Assembly: GCA_047285805.1 (NCBI GenBank)
Contig: JBJBCN010000003.1
Location: 672,001-736,000 of the forward strand
Direction: 5' to 3'
Origin: Synechococcus sp.
Lineage (GTDB): Bacteria > Cyanobacteriota > Cyanobacteriia > PCC-6307 > Cyanobiaceae
Length of the DNA stretch: 64,000 nt
The notes beneath the pieces are model-generated. The model did not search any database and was not told the origin of the DNA. It worked only from the letters and a program-made list of their open reading frames with translations. Positions 29,898 through 40,920 of this stretch are shown here, piece after piece (positions within the stretch are counted from its first letter, which is position 1; the number at the start of each line of letters is the position of its first letter). The position numbers and the translations under genes are program-made.

Positions 29898-30554
29898 GTG
29901 TCCGACGTCGACCTGACCACTGAAGAATTCGCCGCGGCGGATCTGGCTGCCGACGCTGAACCTGCGGCGCCTGCCGCTGAAGGCCGGGCTCCGATTGCTC
30001 GCTGGTATGCCGTTCAGGTGGCCTCCAGCTGCGAGAAAAAAGTCAAGGCCACCCTGGAGCAGCGGGCCGTCACCCTCGGCGTCGACAACCGCATCCTCGA
30101 GATCGAAATCCCCCAGACCCCCGCGGTCAAACTCAAGAAAGACGGCAGCCGGACGAGCACCGAAGAGAAGGTGTTCCCCGGCTACGTCTTGGTTCGGATG
30201 GTCCTCGATGAGGACACGATGATGGCGGTGCGGAGCACCCCTAACGTGATCAACTTCGTGGGTGCGGAAGATCGCCGTGCCACCGGCAAGGTGCGTGGTC
30301 ATATCAAGCCCCGCCCTCTGAGCCGCCAGGAGGTGGATCGCATCTTCAAGCGGGCTGCCGAGAAGAAGCCTGTCGTGAAGGTCGATCTGGCCGAGGGCGA
30401 TCAGATTCTGGTGACGGCAGGCCCCTTCAAGGACTTCCAAGGCGAAGTCATCGAGGTCTCCGGAGATCGCAACAAGCTCAAAGCTCTGCTCTCGATCTTT
30501 GGTCGGGAAACCCCGGTGGAACTCGAGTTCTCCCAGATCAGCAAACAAAGCTGA
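29898..30554 (+). CDS. nusG: transcription factor NusG
   Basis: WYAVQV, FPGYVLV, GPFKDF, IFGRETPVEL. Confidence 0.97.
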   Translation: MSDVDLTTEEFAAADLAADAEPAAPAAEGRAPIARWYAVQVASSCEKKVKATLEQRAVTLGVDNRILEIEIPQTPAVKLKKDGSRTSTEEKVFPGYVLVRMVLDEDTMMAVRSTPNVINFVGAEDRRATGKVRGHIKPRPLSRQEVDRIFKRAAEKKPVVKVDLAEGDQILVTAGPFKDFQGEVIEVSGDRNKLKALLSIFGRETPVELEFSQISKQS

Positions 30555-30672
30555 TTCCCGTGCGGCCGTCTCCCTGCGGAGGGCGGCCTAAGGCGGTGCT
30601 TCGGTTTTCGGAGTCCGCCGCACACGCTGCCCTAGTGTCGCGGATCCGCAGATTGCTCAAGACGCCAGGACG

Positions 30673-31098
30673 ATGGCAAAAAAAGTTGTAGCTGTGATCA
30701 AGCTGGCACTCGATGCCGGCAAAGCAAACCCCGCGCCACCGGTGGGCCCCGCCCTCGGTCAGCACGGCGTCAACATCATGGCGTTCTGCAAGGAGTACAA
30801 CGCTCGGACGCAGGACAAAGCCGGATACGTGATTCCGGTGGAAATTTCGGTCTTTGAAGACCGCAGCTTCACCTTCATCACCAAGACCCCTCCCGCTTCC
30901 GTGCTGATCGTGAAGGCAGCCGGTATCGCCAAGGGTGCCGCAACCTCTTCCAAGGGTTCTGTCGGGGCCATCAGCCGCGCACAGCTCGAAGAGATCGCCA
31001 AGACCAAGCTGCCCGACCTCAACTGCACCAGCGTTGAGTCGGCCATGCGCATCATCGAAGGCACCGCCCGCAACATGGGCGTTGCTGTGAAGGATTGA
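30673..31098 (+). CDS. rplK: 50S ribosomal protein L11
   Basis: [14 protein letters not shown]. Confidence 0.98.
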   Translation: MAKKVVAVIKLALDAGKANPAPPVGPALGQHGVNIMAFCKEYNARTQDKAGYVIPVEISVFEDRSFTFITKTPPASVLIVKAAGIAKGAATSSKGSVGAISRAQLEEIAKTKLPDLNCTSVESAMRIIEGTARNMGVAVKD

Positions 31099-31183
31099 GC
31101 CACGGGTTCATCCCGACTCGTCCCTTCCTTTCTGTTCCTTAGCGGGGGAGAGCTCCTGAGCTCGTCTGCACCCCATTCCTGAC

Positions 31184-31891
31184 ATGCCCAAAATTTCCAA
31201 GCGCTACTCCGCCGCCTTCGGCAAGGTCGAAGAACGCGTCTACGCCCCGCAAGAGGCCGTTGAACTGGTGAAGGCCAACGCCACCGCCAAGTTCGACGAG
31301 ACCGTCGAGGCCCACGCTCGTCTTGGGATCGACCCCAAGTACACCGACCAACAGCTGCGCACCACCGTGGCGCTGCCCCACGGCACCGGTCAGAGCATCC
31401 GGATTGCTGTGATTGCCCGCGGCGAAAAGGTTGCTGAAGCCAAGGCTGCCGGTGCGGACCTGGCCGGTGATGACGATCTGGTCGAAACCATCTCCAAGGG
31501 CGAGATGGAATTCGATCTGCTGATCGCTACCCCGGACATGATGCCCAAGGTGGCCAAACTTGGTCGCGTCCTCGGCCCCCGTGGACTGATGCCCAACCCC
31601 AAGGCCGGCACCGTCACCACCGATCTGGCCTCGGCCATCAACGAGTTCAAGGCCGGCAAACTGGAATTCCGCGCTGACCGTACCGGCATCGTCCACGTGC
31701 GTTTCGGTAAGGCCAGCTTTGACGCTGCCAAGCTGCTGGACAATCTGAAGGCCCTGCAGGAGACCATCGACCGCAACAAGCCCAGCGGTGCGAAGGGGCG
31801 CTATTGGAAGAGCCTTTACATCACCTCCACCATGGGCCCCTCCGTGGAAGTGGATGTGACCGCACTGCAGGACATCAAGCAAGAGGGCTGA
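31184..31891 (+). CDS. rplA: 50S ribosomal protein L1
   Basis: [20 protein letters not shown]. Confidence 0.98.
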   Translation: MPKISKRYSAAFGKVEERVYAPQEAVELVKANATAKFDETVEAHARLGIDPKYTDQQLRTTVALPHGTGQSIRIAVIARGEKVAEAKAAGADLAGDDDLVETISKGEMEFDLLIATPDMMPKVAKLGRVLGPRGLMPNPKAGTVTTDLASAINEFKAGKLEFRADRTGIVHVRFGKASFDAAKLLDNLKALQETIDRNKPSGAKGRYWKSLYITSTMGPSVEVDVTALQDIKQEG

Positions 31892-31910
31892 TCGTCCCCG
31901 TTCCTCTGCT

Positions 31911-31938
31911 CAACGCCCCTGCCTCGGCGGGGGCGTTG
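31911..31938 (+). terminator. hairpin/terminator after rplA
   Basis: CAACGCCCC/GGGGCGTTG stem; weak T tract. Confidence 0.55.
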
Positions 31939-31984
31939 TTGTATGTTCATCATCTGGCTAATGCCAGAAGGGTTACGCGCCCTA

Positions 31985-32052
31985 CCCAAGACAGCAGGTC
32001 GAATTCCTGTTCTGCTCGCAGAACCTGAGTCCTTAAACCCTGCCGAGGTGTC
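31985..32052 (+). promoter_or_regulatory. ribosomal protein L10 leader
   Basis: AAGACAGCAGG...TTAAACCCTGCCGAGG motif upstream of rplJ. Confidence 0.8.
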
Positions 32053-32179
32053 CGCGACGGTCTTTCCCACCAGGGCTCCCACGGGAGTTCGGCTTGGGTG
32101 AAGCAAGCCGCAGCCCCTCGAGTGCCAATCGGTACTGGGGTTGCGTACCCGGCTTGTTCCCCTGATCCGATCCTTAACC

Positions 32180-32713
32180 ATGGGCCGCACTCTGGAGAAC
32201 AAGCAACAGATCGTCGAAGAGCTGAAGCAGCTCCTTGGCGAGGCCGAAATGGCGCTGGTCCTTGATTACAAGGGTCTGTCCATCAAGGAAATGTCTGATC
32301 TGCGGACCCGTCTGCAGGCCAGCAGCGGTGTGTGCAAGGTGACCAAAAACACCTTGATGCGCCGTGCCATTGATGGCAATAGCGCTTGGTCGGAACTCGA
32401 TTCCCTCCTCACCGGCACCAATGCTTTCGTGCTCGTTAAGGGCGACGTGGGCGGTGCCGTGAAGGCCGTTCAGACCTTCCAGAAGGAGACCAAGAAATCG
32501 GAGACGAAGGGAGGCCTTTTCGAAGGCAAGCTCCTTTCCCAATCCGAAATCAAGGCCATCGGGGATCTGCCCTCCAAGGAGGTGCTCATGGCGCAGATCG
32601 CAGGTGCGATCAACGCCGTGGCCACCAAGGTGGCTGTGGGCATCAACGAAGTTCCTTCCGGTCTTGCTCGGGCGCTCAAGCAGCACGCCGATGGCGAGGG
32701 CAAGGCCGACTGA
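32180..32713 (+). CDS. rplJ: 50S ribosomal protein L10
   Basis: [21 protein letters not shown]. Confidence 0.97.
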   Translation: MGRTLENKQQIVEELKQLLGEAEMALVLDYKGLSIKEMSDLRTRLQASSGVCKVTKNTLMRRAIDGNSAWSELDSLLTGTNAFVLVKGDVGGAVKAVQTFQKETKKSETKGGLFEGKLLSQSEIKAIGDLPSKEVLMAQIAGAINAVATKVAVGINEVPSGLARALKQHADGEGKAD

Positions 32714-32775
32714 GGCCTGCTCTGCTGAGCTCTCCGATCCGACTGTTTACACAGATCTGTTGCTGATTCCCAACC

Positions 32776-33165
32776 ATGTCTGCTACTACCGACCAAATCC
32801 TCGAGCAGCTGAAGTCCCTCTCCCTGCTGGAAGCCTCTGAGCTTGTCAAGCAGATCGAAGAGGCCTTCGGTGTGTCCGCCGCCGCTTCCGCTGGCGTCGT
32901 GATGGCTGCCCCCGGCGCTGCTGCTGGCGGCGGTGAAGCTGCTGAAGAGAAGACCGAGTTCGACGTCCACCTCGAGGGCTTCGACGCGGCTGCCAAGATC
33001 AAGGTCCTGAAGGCCGTCCGCGAGGCCACCGGCCTGGGTCTGGGCGAAGCCAAGGCTCTTGTCGAAGGCGCTCCCTGCAACGTCAAGGAAGGCGTGGCCA
33101 AGGCTGATGCCGAAGCCATGAAGAAGTCCATCGAAGAGGCTGGCGGCAAGGTCTCCCTCAAGTGA
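32776..33165 (+). CDS. rplL: 50S ribosomal protein L7/L12
   Basis: [25 protein letters not shown]. Confidence 0.98.
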   Translation: MSATTDQILEQLKSLSLLEASELVKQIEEAFGVSAAASAGVVMAAPGAAAGGGEAAEEKTEFDVHLEGFDAAAKIKVLKAVREATGLGLGEAKALVEGAPCNVKEGVAKADAEAMKKSIEEAGGKVSLK

Positions 33166-33204
33166 TCCCGCCGTGGGCGGCCTTGGCGGCCCACTCCTTT
33201 CTCC

Positions 33205-33233
33205 AACCGGTCCCTGCGGGGGCCGGTTTTTTT
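33205..33233 (+). terminator. intrinsic terminator after rplL
   Basis: AACCGG/CCGGTT stem followed by a T tract. Confidence 0.8.
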
Positions 33234-33256
33234 ATGGCGGCTGTCGGCTGGGCAAT

Positions 33257-33352
33257 AAAAAAGCCCCGCCGAAGGCAGGGCTTTGAGTCGGAACGCTTCC
33301 GGGAGTCTGTCCTCGTTTCGACCCCGGAAGTGGTGTTCCGTACTCCTCACAC
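33257..33352 (-). ncRNA. yfr2: Yfr2-family cyanobacterial sRNA
   Basis: Minus strand starts GTGTGAGGAG, has a long central stem with a CGAAAC-containing loop, and ends in the terminator AAAGCCCTGCCTTCGGCGGGGCTTTTTT; a -10-like TAGTTT lies just upstream. Confidence 0.75.
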
Positions 33353-33419
33353 TTAAAAAAACTACAGCCAGCGAAAAGAGTAGGTAGCGGCGGAGGACCG
33401 CTGTCTCAACTGTCCCTGA

Positions 33420-34085
33420 TCAGAATCGTCGTGCCTGTCCGCCGTAGGGGATGACCTGCAGGGCGACCGGGCCCTTGCCCAGGCGGGTGTTGCCATAGCT
33501 CGCCACCGGGCGCGCTTGGTTCCGTTCCGCCTGGGCAATCAGCCCATCCAGGGGCTGGGGGTTGGCGAAATAGACGTGGCTGAGGCTCCGCTCGCCGTAC
33601 ATCCGTCGCTCGAGTTGCCAGCCCGGCTCCAGCTTGAGGGTGACAAAGCCACTCCGGTCTCGCAGGGGAATGGCCCCCCGACCCACGACCAACTCCGTGG
33701 GGTGGCTGCCGGACATGGCGAGCAGCACCAAAGTGTTGCCTTGGCTCTCAAGCCGCAGGCGATAACGGGGGGAGACATCGTTATCGCCGACTCGCAGCGA
33801 ATAGCCATTGCTGTCGAGGTAGCGGCTGCAGATCCCGCTGAAGTTGAAGCGGTTCAGGGCCGGATCGATCAAGCCATCCCGTCGCTCCCCCCAGCACTTC
33901 GGTGCTGGCTTGAGCTGCTCCAGCACGACCAACTTCCAGCCCTGGCTGCCCACCGGTTGCCCCAGGACGGCCAGGCGCTCTCGCTCGAGGGGTTGGCTCT
34001 GGAAGACGCCCGCGGCCGCTTGGCTGCCCACCAGGCCTGCGCTGAGCAGAGCGAGGCCCGTCCACGGGAGGTAGCTTCGCTGCAT
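33420..34085 (-). CDS. DUF3747-like secreted protein
   Basis: Signal-peptide-like start; FNFSGICSRYLDSNGYSLR. Confidence 0.8.
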   Translation of the reverse strand: MQRSYLPWTGLALLSAGLVGSQAAAGVFQSQPLERERLAVLGQPVGSQGWKLVVLEQLKPAPKCWGERRDGLIDPALNRFNFSGICSRYLDSNGYSLRVGDNDVSPRYRLRLESQGNTLVLLAMSGSHPTELVVGRGAIPLRDRSGFVTLKLEPGWQLERRMYGERSLSHVYFANPQPLDGLIAQAERNQARPVASYGNTRLGKGPVALQVIPYGGQARRF

Positions 34086-34146
34086 GGGATGTCTCCTTGG
34101 CTCCTGACGAGAGCTGTGTTGTACCGGATGTTGTGGGGCAAGCCCA

Positions 34147-34905
34147 GTGGTGAGTGATACGCCCAAGGTGGTGGCCGCCGCCTGCGACGGGGCCTGCAGT
34201 GGCAATCCAGGTCCAGGCGGCTGGGGCTGTTTGCTGCGCTTTGACGACGGCAGCGTCCGGGAATTCGGTGGGGCCGATGCCAACACCACGAACAACCGCA
34301 TGGAGCTCAGGGCGGCCCTGACCCTGCTGGAGCAGTTGGCGGTGCTGCCCCGTCACCCCGATCTGAGCATCCGCACGGACTCCAAGTACCTGATCGACGG
34401 CTTCAGCAAGTGGATCATCGGCTGGAAGCGCAAGGGCTGGCGGACCGCCTCCGGCAGTCCCGTCCTCAACCGCGACCTTTGGGAGGCCCTCGATGCCGCC
34501 CGGATTCAGGGGTTGTCCCTGACCTACGTGAAGGGCCACAGCGGTGACCCGGACAACGACCGCTGTGATGTAATCGCGGTGTCTTTCTCGAAAGGCCAGT
34601 CCATCAGACTGGCCGCCGGTGAAGTCGTGGCCACTCCCCCTGCGCCCGATGTGGCTCCCCCGGCCCTGGAGCAGTTGCTGACACGCCTGGAGCTGGCGGA
34701 TCGCCTGGCTGCTGGCGAGTATGGCCTGAGCCTGATGGAGCTGGCACAGCTGGTCGAGAAGCCCCTGAAGACCCTGGAGGGGCGTGAGGGGCCGTGGCGC
34801 TGGCGCGACTGGCAGGTCCTGCCTCTGGAGGACGGACGCTGGCGTCTATGCCGTGACGCGTCAGGATCAGGGGTGCCCCATGGCGAGGAGCGAGGAGATG
34901 GCTGA
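34147..34905 (+). CDS. rnhA: ribonuclease HI with C-terminal extension
   Basis: [36 protein letters not shown]. Confidence 0.95.
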   Translation: MVSDTPKVVAAACDGACSGNPGPGGWGCLLRFDDGSVREFGGADANTTNNRMELRAALTLLEQLAVLPRHPDLSIRTDSKYLIDGFSKWIIGWKRKGWRTASGSPVLNRDLWEALDAARIQGLSLTYVKGHSGDPDNDRCDVIAVSFSKGQSIRLAAGEVVATPPAPDVAPPALEQLLTRLELADRLAAGEYGLSLMELAQLVEKPLKTLEGREGPWRWRDWQVLPLEDGRWRLCRDASGSGVPHGEERGDG

Positions 34906-36058
34906 GGTCGGCACTGGATCGCTTTATCAGCGTTTTGTGGGCCCCCTGCTCAGCCGTGATGACGGGGCGGATGCCGAGCAGCTGAGCCAGCTGACCCTGC
35001 AGGCCCTCGGTCAGGCTTCGCTGCGTCGCAATTGGCCTCTGGTCAGCAGCTCACTGGCGGGACTGGGGGCGGAACTGCAGCGCAAGGACTTAAGGCTCGA
35101 GCAGACCCTGTTCGGCTGCCGCTTCCTCAATCCGGTCGGCCTGGCGGCCGGCTTTGACAAGAACGCCGTCGCCGCGGGCATCTGGCACCTCTTTGGCTTT
35201 GGCTTTGCCGAGCTCGGGACGATCACCTGGCACGCTCAGCCTGGCAATCCCCGGCCCCGCCTGTTCCGCCTGGCCGAAGAGCGAGCCGCCCTGAATCGGA
35301 TGGGGTTCAACAACCAGGGGGCCCAGGCCGCGCGGCGCATCCTGGAACGCCAGGCCCTGCCCGCGGCCGGTCAGCGCCCCGCGGTCCTGGGGATCAACCT
35401 GGGCAAGTCCAAGGTCACCTCCCTGGACCTGGCCCCGGACGACTACGCCTCCTCCCTGGAGCTGCTGGCTCCCCTGGCGGATTACGCGGTCATCAATGTC
35501 AGTTCCCCCAACACCCCTGGTCTGCGGGAGCTCCAGGACGAAGTGCAGTTGCGCCGCCTCGTGGAGCGGCTGCGGCGCCTGCCGGCATGCCCGCCCTTGC
35601 TGGTGAAGATCGCTCCCGACCTGGAGGACGATGCGATCGATGCCATTGCCCGCCTGGCCTACGAGGAGGGCCTGGCCGGTGTGATCGCGGTCAACACCAG
35701 CCTGAATCGTCAGGGTCTGGAGGGCCGTCGGCTGGCCCAGACCGGCAAGACCCTGGCCGAGGAAGCGGGGGGCTTGAGTGGTGCGCCCCTGCGGCAGCGG
35801 GCCCTGGAGGTGATGCGTCGCCTGCGGGTGACCGCGGGCCCAAGCCTTCCCTTGATCGGGGTGGGAGGAATCGATTCCCCGGAGTCCGCCTGGGAGCGGA
35901 TCACCGCGGGCGCCTCCCTAGTGCAGCTCTACACTGGTTGGATCTACGGCGGACCGGCCCTCGTTCCCGAGATCCTGGAGGGTCTGAGCGCGCAGCTCGA
36001 TCGTCACGGCTTCCGCAACATCAACGAAGCCGTGGGCTCTGGGGTGCCCTGGAGCTGA
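34898..36058 (+). CDS. pyrD: quinone-dependent dihydroorotate dehydrogenase
   Basis: [34 protein letters not shown]. Confidence 0.96.
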   Translation: MAEVGTGSLYQRFVGPLLSRDDGADAEQLSQLTLQALGQASLRRNWPLVSSSLAGLGAELQRKDLRLEQTLFGCRFLNPVGLAAGFDKNAVAAGIWHLFGFGFAELGTITWHAQPGNPRPRLFRLAEERAALNRMGFNNQGAQAARRILERQALPAAGQRPAVLGINLGKSKVTSLDLAPDDYASSLELLAPLADYAVINVSSPNTPGLRELQDEVQLRRLVERLRRLPACPPLLVKIAPDLEDDAIDAIARLAYEEGLAGVIAVNTSLNRQGLEGRRLAQTGKTLAEEAGGLSGAPLRQRALEVMRRLRVTAGPSLPLIGVGGIDSPESAWERITAGASLVQLYTGWIYGGPALVPEILEGLSAQLDRHGFRNINEAVGSGVPWS

Positions 36059-36064
36059 AGTCTC

Positions 36065-36507
36065 GATAGCTTGCGGCTAGAGCAAGCGGTAGGCGAGTGG
36101 TGCTCGCAGGAGTTCAAGAGCGCTTTGGCCCCTTGCAAGCGTGGCTGTTCCCCCAGCGCGTCTACCTCGAGCTGCAGGATTAGGCGATCACCGCGATGGT
36201 CCTGGATGGCCGGCGGCTGACTTGGCTGGATCAGTTGACCCTGCCGCCAGGCTGGTGAAACGCAGGTTGCTCTCGCGCAGGTCAGCCCCATCGAGTCTCG
36301 CGCCGCTCAGGTTGGTTCGCTCCAGTTGGGCTTCCTTCAGACGGGTATCGCGCAGATCGGCATGGACCAGATCGGCGTCCTGCAGCATGCAGCGCTCACA
36401 GGCCCGATGATCCAGGGTGCGCATCAGAGCTGGTCGTCGGCGGCCCAGGCGGCGTCAGTCCCCAAAAGGAGAACCAAGCTCGCGAGTGAGGGGCGCAGGC
36501 GAGCCAT
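36065..36507 (-). pseudogene. degraded pentapeptide-repeat protein gene
   Basis: Signal-like MARLRPSLASLVLLLG...DDQL* stops early; repeats continue in another frame (CERC.LQDADLVHADLRD...FTSL) and then break; 3' limit approximate. Confidence 0.75.
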
Positions 36508-36574
36508 GGGCTTGTGCGGCCGAACTGGCGCCGTTCTAACGGTCTTGGCTCCCCCCGTCGATCAGGCTGGTGGG

Positions 36575-37642
36575 ATGGAAGCCCACGGCGGCAATTTGGA
36601 GGCCACGGCTCGGCGCTTGGGGTGCCGGCCTGATCAGATCCTCGATGCCAGTGCCTCCCTGGCACCCTTTGCCCTGCCGCGGGCGGCCCGCCGTGCCCTG
36701 CGCCAGGTGGACCTGCGGGCCTACCCCGACCGCAGCCATTGGCGCCTACGCCAGCAGATCGCCCAGCTGCATCGCCTCGCTCCCGAGGCGGTGCTCCCCG
36801 GCAATGGTGCGGCCGAACTCTTCACTTGGGCGGCCCGTGATGCGGCTAGCAGCGGTGTCTCCCTCCTGCCCCAGCCCGGCTTCGCCGACTACGGGCGCAG
36901 CCTGCAGTGCTGGGGCGGAAAGCAGCGTTCATGGCCGCTTCCTCTGGAGTGGGCCGAGGCCTTCCCGCAGCCGTTTCCCGCTGCAGCAGCGGCTGAGGTG
37001 CTCTGGATCACCAATCCCCACAACCCCACCGGGCAGCTCTGGAGCCGGGGGTCCCTCGAGCCGCTCTTGGCGCGCCATCACCTTGTCATCTGCGACGAGG
37101 CCTTCTTGCCGTTGGTGCCGGGCGGTGAGCAGCAGTCCCTGATCCCCCTGGTTGCGCAGCACCCGAACCTGGTGGTGATCCGCAGCCTGACCAAGCTGTA
37201 CGGAATTGCTGGAGTCCGGTTGGGCTACGCCGTCGTCCAGCCCGAGCGGCTGCAGCGCTGGGCCCAGTGGCGGGATCCTTGGCCGATCAATGCTTGGGCT
37301 GGGGCCCTGGCCAATGCCTTGCTACGGAACCCGCGCGATTATGTGCGCTGGTGCGCCCGCGTGCAGTGCTGGGTCGCCCAGGAGGGCCAGTGGTTGCAGC
37401 AGCGCCTGCGGGCCTTGCCCGGCATCCACCCCTACCCTTCGGCGGTGAATTACCTCCTGCTCCGCGCCGAGCAGGGCTCGTTGCAACCGCTACGGGAGGC
37501 GTTAGAAAAGCGTCATCGCATCCTGGTGCGTGATTGTCGCTCCTTCGCGGGGCTGGGGGAGTCTTGGTTGCGGATCGGCCTTCAGGACCGTGCCGGCAAC
37601 AGGCGGCTGCTGCGGGCCCTAGGCACTGAGCTCCTGCAGTAG
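36575..37642 (+). CDS. threonine-phosphate decarboxylase (CobD/CobC-like PLP enzyme)
   Basis: HGGN start, [33 protein letters not shown]. Confidence 0.88.
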   Translation: MEAHGGNLEATARRLGCRPDQILDASASLAPFALPRAARRALRQVDLRAYPDRSHWRLRQQIAQLHRLAPEAVLPGNGAAELFTWAARDAASSGVSLLPQPGFADYGRSLQCWGGKQRSWPLPLEWAEAFPQPFPAAAAAEVLWITNPHNPTGQLWSRGSLEPLLARHHLVICDEAFLPLVPGGEQQSLIPLVAQHPNLVVIRSLTKLYGIAGVRLGYAVVQPERLQRWAQWRDPWPINAWAGALANALLRNPRDYVRWCARVQCWVAQEGQWLQQRLRALPGIHPYPSAVNYLLLRAEQGSLQPLREALEKRHRILVRDCRSFAGLGESWLRIGLQDRAGNRRLLRALGTELLQ

Positions 37643-38695
37643 TTCTGCAATCAGTCCTTCCGCATCGCGGACCGCCAGGCGCTCCATCCCGCGCCGCAGG
37701 TGCAGCAGCGGATCAATCCCTGGGCCAGCCCCCCGCAGCCGCGGACCCAGCAGGCGCCAAACCGTTTGCGCCAGGGCGGGATGCTCGGGGGGGTGCTGCC
37801 AGACGATTACCGCCGCACCGACGGCCGCGGCGGCACCGGCGTTGGCGTCTTGATGTTTGTCCGCCGCTTGGGGGTAGGGGACCAGGATGGTTGGGCTCCC
37901 GCAGACCGCCAATTCGCTCAAGCTGCCGGCACCGGCCCGGCTGATCACCAGATCGGCGTGTTGCAGCAACCCGGCTACCTCATCGCTGAAGGGGCGCTCG
38001 GCGTAGAGGGGATGGTGGAGCGTCCCGCTCTCGGGGTCGTTGCTCCCGCTGAGGTGCACCACCCGGCAGCCCAACTCCAGCAACCGGGGCAGCAGCGGCC
38101 GCACCATCCGGTTGAGCCCCACAGCCCCTTGGCTGCCGCCCATCACCAGCAGCAGCGGGCCGGATCCCTGGGGCACCCAACCGGGGAGGGCTGCTGGTTG
38201 AAGAAACGCGCGCCGCACCGGGGTGCCCGTGACCCGCGGGCGGAACCCCTGCAGGCGCTCCGCCGCTTGCGGCAGTCCGACGGCGACTTGGCTGCAGAGC
38301 CGTCCAAACAGCCGCGTCACTTTCCCGGGGATGCCATTGGATTCATGCAGCACCACCGGCACCCCACACCAGCGGGCCGCGAGGATTGCCGGTGCTGCGA
38401 TGTAGCCGCCGGTACTGAAGACCAGGCGGATCCGCTCCCGGCGGAGTAGACGACGGACCGCAACGGTTGCGCCCAGCAGGCGCAACAGGTTGTAGAGCTT
38501 GCGCAGACCCCGTCCCTGGAGGCCACCGGCTTCAACGGTGTGCAGCCCGATGCTGCTCGGCACCAGCTCGGTCTCCAGCCGATCGGGGACCCCCAACCAC
38601 TGGACCTCCCAATCGGAGGGCAGCGCCTGGGCGACCGCGAGGGCTGGGAAGAGATGCCCGCCGGTGCCGCTGGCAGCGATCAACAGGCGTGACAT
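37619..38695 (-). CDS. murG: MurG GlcNAc transferase
   Basis: [28 protein letters not shown]. Confidence 0.96.
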   Translation of the reverse strand: MSRLLIAASGTGGHLFPALAVAQALPSDWEVQWLGVPDRLETELVPSSIGLHTVEAGGLQGRGLRKLYNLLRLLGATVAVRRLLRRERIRLVFSTGGYIAAPAILAARWCGVPVVLHESNGIPGKVTRLFGRLCSQVAVGLPQAAERLQGFRPRVTGTPVRRAFLQPAALPGWVPQGSGPLLLVMGGSQGAVGLNRMVRPLLPRLLELGCRVVHLSGSNDPESGTLHHPLYAERPFSDEVAGLLQHADLVISRAGAGSLSELAVCGSPTILVPYPQAADKHQDANAGAAAAVGAAVIVWQHPPEHPALAQTVWRLLGPRLRGAGPGIDPLLHLRRGMERLAVRDAEGLIAELLQELSA

Positions 38696-38748
38696 GGGCA
38701 TCACTGATAAGCGCGCCTAACTTAAGGGCACCTCCCCGTTGAGCTCCC

Positions 38749-39483
38749 GTGCAGTTGCGCTCTCTTCTGACTGCCGCCATTGCTCTGACCGGGTTGGCCC
38801 TGGGCTCGCCCCTTCGGGCAGCTCCGAGTCTTCAGGCGTTGCAGGACGCCCTCAATAACGGCTCCGCCGCGGAGATCTCCGCCTTGATGGAGGCCGGCAA
38901 TGGCCTCGATCCCGAGCTGGTCTTGCAGCGCCGCAATTTCCTGCGGGCCCAGTTCCCCGATGCCAGTTGGCAGGTCAGCCCAGGTGTCTCTCTGAAGGAC
39001 GGACGGGCCACCACCCTGGTCACTGTCGCGGGTAGCCGTAACCAGGGTCCCTACAAATTCCGCTTTGAAGCCACCCAGAAACTGGTGCTCGGCAGCAGTG
39101 GAGAGCGCTTCAACAGCCAGGACGTGATCGAATCCAATTCGATCCTGCGCAGCGGTGATCCCAACTTGAGGGTCAGCCTGCTGATCCCCGACGCCGTGTT
39201 GACCGGGCAGCGCTACGACCTCGACGTGATCTTTGACGACCCCCTCAACGGTGCCGTGGTGGCCGGTGCGATCAAGCCCGTCACCGTCAGTGAGCTGCTG
39301 CGCCTGCAGGCACCCGACTTGCAGCTTGAGGCCCTCGGCGGTGGTGGTCTGTTTAAGACCGTGCAGGCGCCCTTCCTGCCCGGAAGTCAGACCTGGGCGG
39401 TGCTCTTGGTGCACCCCAAGGGGATCGTCGCGGCCTCCAAGCAGGTGCGGGTGGTGACGAAGCGCTCCGACCTCACCCTTTGA
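38749..39483 (+). CDS. conserved secreted hypothetical protein
   Basis: Signal-peptide-like start; VLTGQRYDLDVI, GGGLFK; host codon usage. Confidence 0.75.
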   Translation: MQLRSLLTAAIALTGLALGSPLRAAPSLQALQDALNNGSAAEISALMEAGNGLDPELVLQRRNFLRAQFPDASWQVSPGVSLKDGRATTLVTVAGSRNQGPYKFRFEATQKLVLGSSGERFNSQDVIESNSILRSGDPNLRVSLLIPDAVLTGQRYDLDVIFDDPLNGAVVAGAIKPVTVSELLRLQAPDLQLEALGGGGLFKTVQAPFLPGSQTWAVLLVHPKGIVAASKQVRVVTKRSDLTL

Positions 39484-40342
39484 ACCAGCGGGCCAGCGCC
39501 GAGACATCCAGCTCGCCGCAGCCCTGATCGATCAGGTCGTCTTCAATGGCGGCCACCTGTTCGCAGACCGGCAGCTCTAACTGGGCCTCTGCCGCGGCGT
39601 TTAGGGCGATACCGAGGTCCTTGCGGTGCAAGGCCAACTTGAACCCCAATGGATAGGAGTCGTTGATCATCTGTTGGCTTCTGTTCTCCAGGGCCCAGGA
39701 GCCAGCGGCGCCACCCTTCAGGGCTTCCACCAGGGGTTTAGGGGGTAGCCCCAGGCAATCGGCGAGGGCCAAGGCTTCAGCGACGGCGGCGTAGCTCCCG
39801 GCCACCAGCACCTGATTGACGGCTTTGGCCTGTTGCCCCCCGCCAACGGGGCCGAAGTGGTGCAGGCTGCCGCCGATCACCTCCAGGACGGGCCGGGCTC
39901 GCGCAAGGCACGCCGCGTCAGCCCCGATCAAGACCCGCAGGGTTCCCGCCTGGGCCCCTTCGGTGCCACCGGTGACGGGGGCATCGACGTAGCTCACCCC
40001 TTGGCTCGCTAGCTCCTGGGCCAGCCGTTGGCTGGTGCTTGGGCTGATGGTGGAGCAGTCGATCACCAGGGCCCCAGGCCTCAGGCTGGCTCGGGCGAGC
40101 GCCAACACCTCTTCGACAGCTTGGTCATCACTTAGGCAGAGCAGTAGCAGCGGTGAGGCTGCTGCCGCCTCAGCCACGGTCGCTGCCCGATGGGCCCCCG
40201 CTTCGGCCAGGGCTGTCGCGGGTTCGGGACTGCGGTTGAAGACGGTGACCCGCCAGCCGGCCTGCAGCAGGTTGCGGGCCATGGGGGCCCCAAGCGCCCC
40301 CAGGCCAATGCAGCTCACGGCGCCTGCCTGATCACTGGCCAT
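39473..40342 (-). CDS. 3-hydroxyisobutyrate dehydrogenase-family oxidoreductase
   Basis: IGLGALGAPMA, DAPVTGG, KAVNQ, KDL. Confidence 0.9.
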   Translation of the reverse strand: MASDQAGAVSCIGLGALGAPMARNLLQAGWRVTVFNRSPEPATALAEAGAHRAATVAEAAAASPLLLLCLSDDQAVEEVLALARASLRPGALVIDCSTISPSTSQRLAQELASQGVSYVDAPVTGGTEGAQAGTLRVLIGADAACLARARPVLEVIGGSLHHFGPVGGGQQAKAVNQVLVAGSYAAVAEALALADCLGLPPKPLVEALKGGAAGSWALENRSQQMINDSYPLGFKLALHRKDLGIALNAAAEAQLELPVCEQVAAIEDDLIDQGCGELDVSALARWFKG

Positions 40343-40790
40343 GGGCGGGTTTCGAGAGGGTGTTGAGTTCTTGGCGTTCCAGGCTGCCATCGCCATTGCG
40401 GTCGATGGCGTCGAAGTGTTTGCGCAGCCAGGGGTAGCCCTGGGCTTCCTGACGACCGATCCGGCCATCGCCGTTTTGATCGGCCTTGCGCAAGACCCGC
40501 TCGGCGCGCGGCGGCGGTTGCTGGCGGCTGGGTTTGAGATCGGCGGGGGCTAGGTACCCCCGCCGTTGTTGGTCGAGGCGCTCGAAATGGCGCTCGAGGT
40601 AGGGCTGCCCTTGGACTTCTTGGCGATCGAGCTGTCGGTTGCCGTCCCGGTCCAGTTGCTCGAAGAGCTGCTGCAGGCGCCGTTCGTAGGCCTTGATTTC
40701 CTCCGGCGTCTGGGCCTGCACGGCCAGGGAGTAGGTCATCAGCAGGCCGGCGCCAGCGGCAAACAGGAAACGGGAGCGGTGGCGCCTCAT
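40332..40790 (-). CDS. secreted EF-hand protein
   Basis: Signal peptide; EF-hand loops DRDGNRQLDRQE, DQNGDGRIGRQE, DRNGDGSLERQE plus one degenerate loop. Confidence 0.88.
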   Translation of the reverse strand: MRRHRSRFLFAAGAGLLMTYSLAVQAQTPEEIKAYERRLQQLFEQLDRDGNRQLDRQEVQGQPYLERHFERLDQQRRGYLAPADLKPSRQQPPPRAERVLRKADQNGDGRIGRQEAQGYPWLRKHFDAIDRNGDGSLERQELNTLSKPAHGQ

Positions 40791-40920
40791 GGCATCAGGC
40801 TATGGAGTCCCCGTCCGGCGATCGGCCTGGTGGATCGGCAAGGTGTGACCAGATCTGTCTAGCGCGATTTCCGCGGCTCGATCTCCATACAGTCGGAAAT
40901 GACGTTGCGCCTGCAGACCC

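Noticed and set aside
33342..33352. Yfr1 on the plus strand (ACTCCTCACAC)
   Set aside because: No terminator hairpin follows on the plus strand; promoter-like and terminator signals fit a minus-strand Yfr2.
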